A stretch of 64,000 nucleotides of DNA from Candidatus Poribacteria bacterium (lineage in GTDB: Bacteria > Poribacteria > WGA-4E > PCPOR2b), in contig OZ220744.1 in the NCBI GenBank assembly GCA_965116925.1, forward strand, positions 1,248,001 through 1,312,000, in the 5' to 3' direction. The notes beneath the pieces are model-generated. The model made no database searches, was not told the origin of the DNA, and was given only the letters and a program-made list of their open reading frames with translations. Shown here in pieces: positions 60,233-64,000 of the stretch; within the stretch, counting starts at the first letter, position 1, and every line of letters starts with the position of its first letter. The position numbers and the translations under genes are program-made.

Positions 60233-63200
60233 TCATTTCTCCGATGGCTGTTTGTCATCTTCCGGGTTCTGACCATTCAAACGCCACTCCTCAGATTGCC
60301 GCTCTAGTCTCCCATAATCCTCTGGATTCTGAATATCAATGATATGCGGTGTGATAATGATGACAACCTCAGAATTTTCTGCTACGGTTTCCGTCTTTTT
60401 GAAGATACTACCGATAAAGGGAAGATCTCCTAGAATAGGCAGCTTGCTTTCGATTTGCTGGCGTTTCTCCTTTATCATGCCTCCCACCACGATCTGTTGT
60501 CCATCTTCTACATCAATGAAGGCACTGATTGAGCTGTCCTCCGTGATAGGCGCGTTGAAATCGGTGAACTCTACAAAATTGCTTAAAGTGATCTGGTCGA
60601 TGTCTAAGCCGATAGTGCGTTTTTTGGTATCTGCTGTCTGTGATTTCGCGATATGCGGCGTAAGCGTGATAGTGACCCCAACCGGTGGGTCAATGAAGTC
60701 GTAGTTGAACAGCGGCTGCGTCAGATTATCAGCCAGACTCGTAACATCTGCGCTTTGCAGAAACGGGACGCGTCTGCCAGAACTCCATGTTGCCTCACGA
60801 TTATCGCGTGTGAGCAGTGCCGGCGTTGATATGGTCTGCACCTTATTTTCGCGTATCAACGTGTGGAGCAAAGCCATATATTCCTTTGTTGCCAAGCTAA
60901 TGTTGAAGCCGCTGATTTCCTGATTCAATCCAAGTTCTGCTCCGAACTCTCCGACGAGCGGGTTGCGATTTCGGACCTCTGCACCGAACAAGCCACGTTC
61001 TCGTGCTGTCAACTCCACCCCAAGTTTCGTGCTCTCATCAAGGGTCACTTCGAGGATCTGTATATCAATCCAAACCTGTCCCCGCACAAAGTCAAGTTCA
61101 CGGATCATAGCTTCTACCTGCTCCATGTACCGTTGCGCCGTCGTCACGAGCACCGAATTGGTTTGGTTGTCCGCCTCGACTTGGACCTGACCCCGCAGCG
61201 AGTTGATGTCATTCTGTTCGAGCGTCCCGCCGCGTGCAAGGAAACGCCCAAAATTGAACCCACCACGGTCGTCTCCTGACTCTTCGCCCCACACATCTTC
61301 GAGCAGATCTTCAGTATCTTCGGCGTTTGCGTATTCGAGGCGAATCAGTTTGGTAACTTCTCGTTGTTCTTCAGGAGTTGGCGTGTCGAGCTCTTCGACA
61401 AATTGCGTAATGAGTGTAAAATTTCGTTGCGTCGCGGTGGAGATAATTATGGCGTTGAGTGTCGGGTAAGCCTCTGCGGTTACATTTCCAGCGAGGGATC
61501 CTTGGTTCTGATTCCGCGCCCGTCCGGGCACAAAAAAGAAGAAGCCACCACTTCTATTGTTCGAGCCTTGATAGACATTGTTAATAATATTGGCGACATT
61601 TTCTGCGTCCGCATATCGTAGCTTATAAATGCGAGTTCCCCACTCCTGATCGGGCATATTGACATCGAGACGGTTAATCAAGCTGTCAATCGTCTCAAAG
61701 TTTTGGGAAGCTGTCGAGACTAGCAGGGCGTTCAAGCGGGTATCCGGCACAAGGTGAACCTCCCCTTGGACCCCAAATCCGCCCTCGCTTCCACCCCGAT
61801 CCTCATTCCGACGACGCCACCACCACGGCATGTCGTCATCCCGACCGGAATCGCCGCCTTCAAAGAGATCGCGCAGGTTGTCGGATAGGCTTTGCGATTC
61901 GGCAAATTGAAGGAAGTAAATCCGGATCTCCTCTTGTGGATCCGCCTGATCGAGTTGTGCGATAATTTTCTCAATAATAGGAAAGTTTCGCGGATCGGAT
62001 GATACAAGCACAGCGTTCAAGCGATCGCTCGATGAGATATTTACCGCGCCGACGATACTTTGATAATCTTGATCGCCTTCAGCCCGCCTTCGCATCAGAT
62101 TTTGGCGACTTCGTTGCCACTCCCGCCGTTCCCACCATTCCGAATTGCTCCCAGGCCGCCTGCCGGCGCTCACGCCTGTGATCAACTCCTCAAGTACCTG
62201 TGCCACATCTTGAGCAATTGCATAATTTAGCCGAAAGATCCGAATCTCCGTTTGAATGCTCGGTGCCGTGTCGAGTTGTCTAATCAAATCTCTCAACACA
62301 ACGAGGTTGGCTTCGGAGGCTTTGACAACCAGCGAGTTTGAGCTCTCGTCCGCAGAAATCTGGATCCGCCCACGAATCATGTCGATGCCGCCGCCCTCCT
62401 CTCTCACACGCTCCATCATCTCCTGCATCTCTTCAGGCTTGCTCGTTGAACCCATCTTTCGCAAGAGGTTCGCAACCTCGCCTTCCTGCTGGAACACATT
62501 ATTCAAGGTCTGCGCAAGTGATGCCGCAGTGGCGTTCTGCAGCGGAATGATCTCCACTTTGAGCGGGGCTTCCGGTGCCTCATCCGTTACCTGCAAAATA
62601 GTTGCAATTCGATGAATATTGGAAGCGACGTCGGTAATAATCAACGAGTTACTATTACCATCCGCGAAAATATTCGCCGCTTTGCTCAACAGTGGTTTGA
62701 GACTATTCACTAGCTCCGATGCGACAGCACTGTTCAGTTGAATCATATATGTCTGGATCTCGTCGGTCTGTTCAATCAGACTTGGATCTGCCGTAATTCG
62801 CTTCACTGGCACTTTCATTCTGACTGCCTTCTCGAATGTCGTAATCAGCAAGGTATTATTCGTCCGAATCATGGTCAGATCGTATTGAGCAAGAACCGTT
62901 TTAATCTCTTCTAATGTTTCGTCGATTGTTACATTCTTGAGGTTAGTCAGTGCAAACTTCTTGTCCTTGATTTCGTTTTCGGAGGCAATAATCGTCAGAT
63001 TCGTCTCTGCGCTGATGAATTTAATTAAACTTTGCAGATTCCCGCTTGGAAAGTCAAAGTTAAATCGAATCGCTTGACCGGCTTCGTCGCGTTCAGCAAC
63101 TTCCATCCCTCTCTGATCAGCCTCCTGTGCCAACACTGATGCAGTAAAAAATCCGGCAATGCAACCAATGGATATTGATAACATAACAAAGATAAGTGCC

Positions 63201-63301
63201 CGCGCGGCAGTTGGAAAACGGGAGTGCTTGTTTTCCCGCTGTCTCGTTTTCTCGTTGGTCAGGTACTTATAACATCTGAATTGTCGTAAACACATTGTCA
63301 A
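60233..63301 (-). CDS. gspD: Type II secretion system secretin (GspD-like), elongated
   Basis: N0 domain; six Secretin_N repeats; QVWIDIQILEV, DGQQIVVGG, P.LGDLPFIG.IF and IITPHI motifs. Confidence 0.85.
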   Translation of the reverse strand: MTMCLRQFRCYKYLTNEKTRQRENKHSRFPTAARALIFVMLSISIGCIAGFFTASVLAQEADQRGMEVAERDEAGQAIRFNFDFPSGNLQSLIKFISAETNLTIIASENEIKDKKFALTNLKNVTIDETLEEIKTVLAQYDLTMIRTNNTLLITTFEKAVRMKVPVKRITADPSLIEQTDEIQTYMIQLNSAVASELVNSLKPLLSKAANIFADGNSNSLIITDVASNIHRIATILQVTDEAPEAPLKVEIIPLQNATAASLAQTLNNVFQQEGEVANLLRKMGSTSKPEEMQEMMERVREEGGGIDMIRGRIQISADESSNSLVVKASEANLVVLRDLIRQLDTAPSIQTEIRIFRLNYAIAQDVAQVLEELITGVSAGRRPGSNSEWWERREWQRSRQNLMRRRAEGDQDYQSIVGAVNISSSDRLNAVLVSSDPRNFPIIEKIIAQLDQADPQEEIRIYFLQFAESQSLSDNLRDLFEGGDSGRDDDMPWWWRRRNEDRGGSEGGFGVQGEVHLVPDTRLNALLVSTASQNFETIDSLINRLDVNMPDQEWGTRIYKLRYADAENVANIINNVYQGSNNRSGGFFFFVPGRARNQNQGSLAGNVTAEAYPTLNAIIISTATQRNFTLITQFVEELDTPTPEEQREVTKLIRLEYANAEDTEDLLEDVWGEESGDDRGGFNFGRFLARGGTLEQNDINSLRGQVQVEADNQTNSVLVTTAQRYMEQVEAMIRELDFVRGQVWIDIQILEVTLDESTKLGVELTARERGLFGAEVRNRNPLVGEFGAELGLNQEISGFNISLATKEYMALLHTLIRENKVQTISTPALLTRDNREATWSSGRRVPFLQSADVTSLADNLTQPLFNYDFIDPPVGVTITLTPHIAKSQTADTKKRTIGLDIDQITLSNFVEFTDFNAPITEDSSISAFIDVEDGQQIVVGGMIKEKRQQIESKLPILGDLPFIGSIFKKTETVAENSEVVIIITPHIIDIQNPEDYGRLERQSEEWRLNGQNPEDDKQPSEK

Positions 63302-63445
63302 AACCTTCCTTTAAACATTTGGAGAAAATAGAACGCTAGAACACAGAGAAACAAAGAAAAAAACTCGCCCCTTTGGGTTTCATCACGTCTCACGAGCACA
63401 TCACGAAAGGCAGAAACCTTCTCACATTTTACGTTTCACGTTTCA

Positions 63446-64000
63446 TTATAGCACCCTAGCGATCATTGAGAGATTTGCACTGATGGTCGTTTCCTTTTTG
63501 TCCGCTATAGTGATTTGCAGATCTCTGACCTGCAACCATTTCGAGCTTGATTCAATTGCGTAAATGAGTCGAACCACGCGCTCAATCCTGTTACTAAAGC
63601 GCATATCAACGATGTAAGTCTCAGGCTGATGGGTAGAGGGAACAGAGGCAAGCCAACTGTGCAGTTGATCTTCTCGTTCCAAAATCTGATCAACGTATTG
63701 GGTGAGCGCACGGAGTTGCCGGTCGTAATCCAACGTCCTTTCAGTATCTTCTGCATAATATTTCTCATAGCGATTAATTAATGTCTCGAATTTCGACAGT
63801 AGGACACTGTTAGGCTTGAACTTAATAGCCGTTGTCTGCTTTCTGGCACCGATGCCCAAAAATCCACCACTCGCTTCGTCGGTTTCTGCAGCGATTTGAG
63901 CCGCAAGAAATCCCCCCCTAAATTCAACTGTACCAGCCAGTTGTTGTTCCAGGTTTGATTGGATGAACTGTAGCAATTCGATTCGCAGCGTTAAAGGGAT
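63446..64000 (-). CDS. PilO/GspM-like protein, 5' part outside the window
   Basis: Open to the window edge; C-terminal RLIYAIESS..WLQV..LQI pattern; upstream of the secretin. Confidence 0.5.
   Translation of the reverse strand: MPLTLRIELLQFIQSNLEQQLAGTVEFRGGFLAAQIAAETDEASGGFLGIGARKQTTAIKFKPNSVLLSKFETLINRYEKYYAEDTERTLDYDRQLRALTQYVDQILEREDQLHSWLASVPSTHQPETYIVDMRFSNRIERVVRLIYAIESSSKWLQVRDLQITIADKKETTISANLSMIARVL

Noticed and set aside
1..64000. Numerous antisense or out-of-frame ORFs overlapping main genes
   Set aside because: No recognisable motifs; shadows of well-supported CDSs
1..64000. tRNA, rRNA, prophage or integrase
   Set aside because: No such signatures seen by eye

Overview
Bacterial genomic window with about 45 densely packed CDSs. 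The gene content suggests Candidatus Poribacteria or a relative (inference only): three PhyH dioxygenases, heparinase and other sugar/sugar-acid catabolic enzymes, NHL/TPR/TolB-repeat proteins, and a C-terminal 'V.P.GK..T.WG.LK' motif. The only clear housekeeping gene is uvrC. There is one intact IS5-family (IS1031-like) element. I found no tRNA, rRNA or CRISPR array. The most striking non-coding feature is that many intergenic spacers are nested mosaics. At least five MITE shells, each with its own terminal inverted repeats and, where resolvable, target duplications, carry interchangeable GTAG/GTGG-footed REP-like hairpins, nested up to four levels deep. A ~23-bp palindromic micro-element appears to insert into itself. 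Protein highlights: three secreted six-bladed TolB-like propellers sharing a C-terminal TWG-K tail; a 1022-aa secretin with six ring domains and aromatic/Arg-rich loops; two halogenase candidates; a tandem nucleotidyltransferase; and a GalrD-II-like RxY dehydratase. All calls come from reading the sequence by eye; no searches were run.
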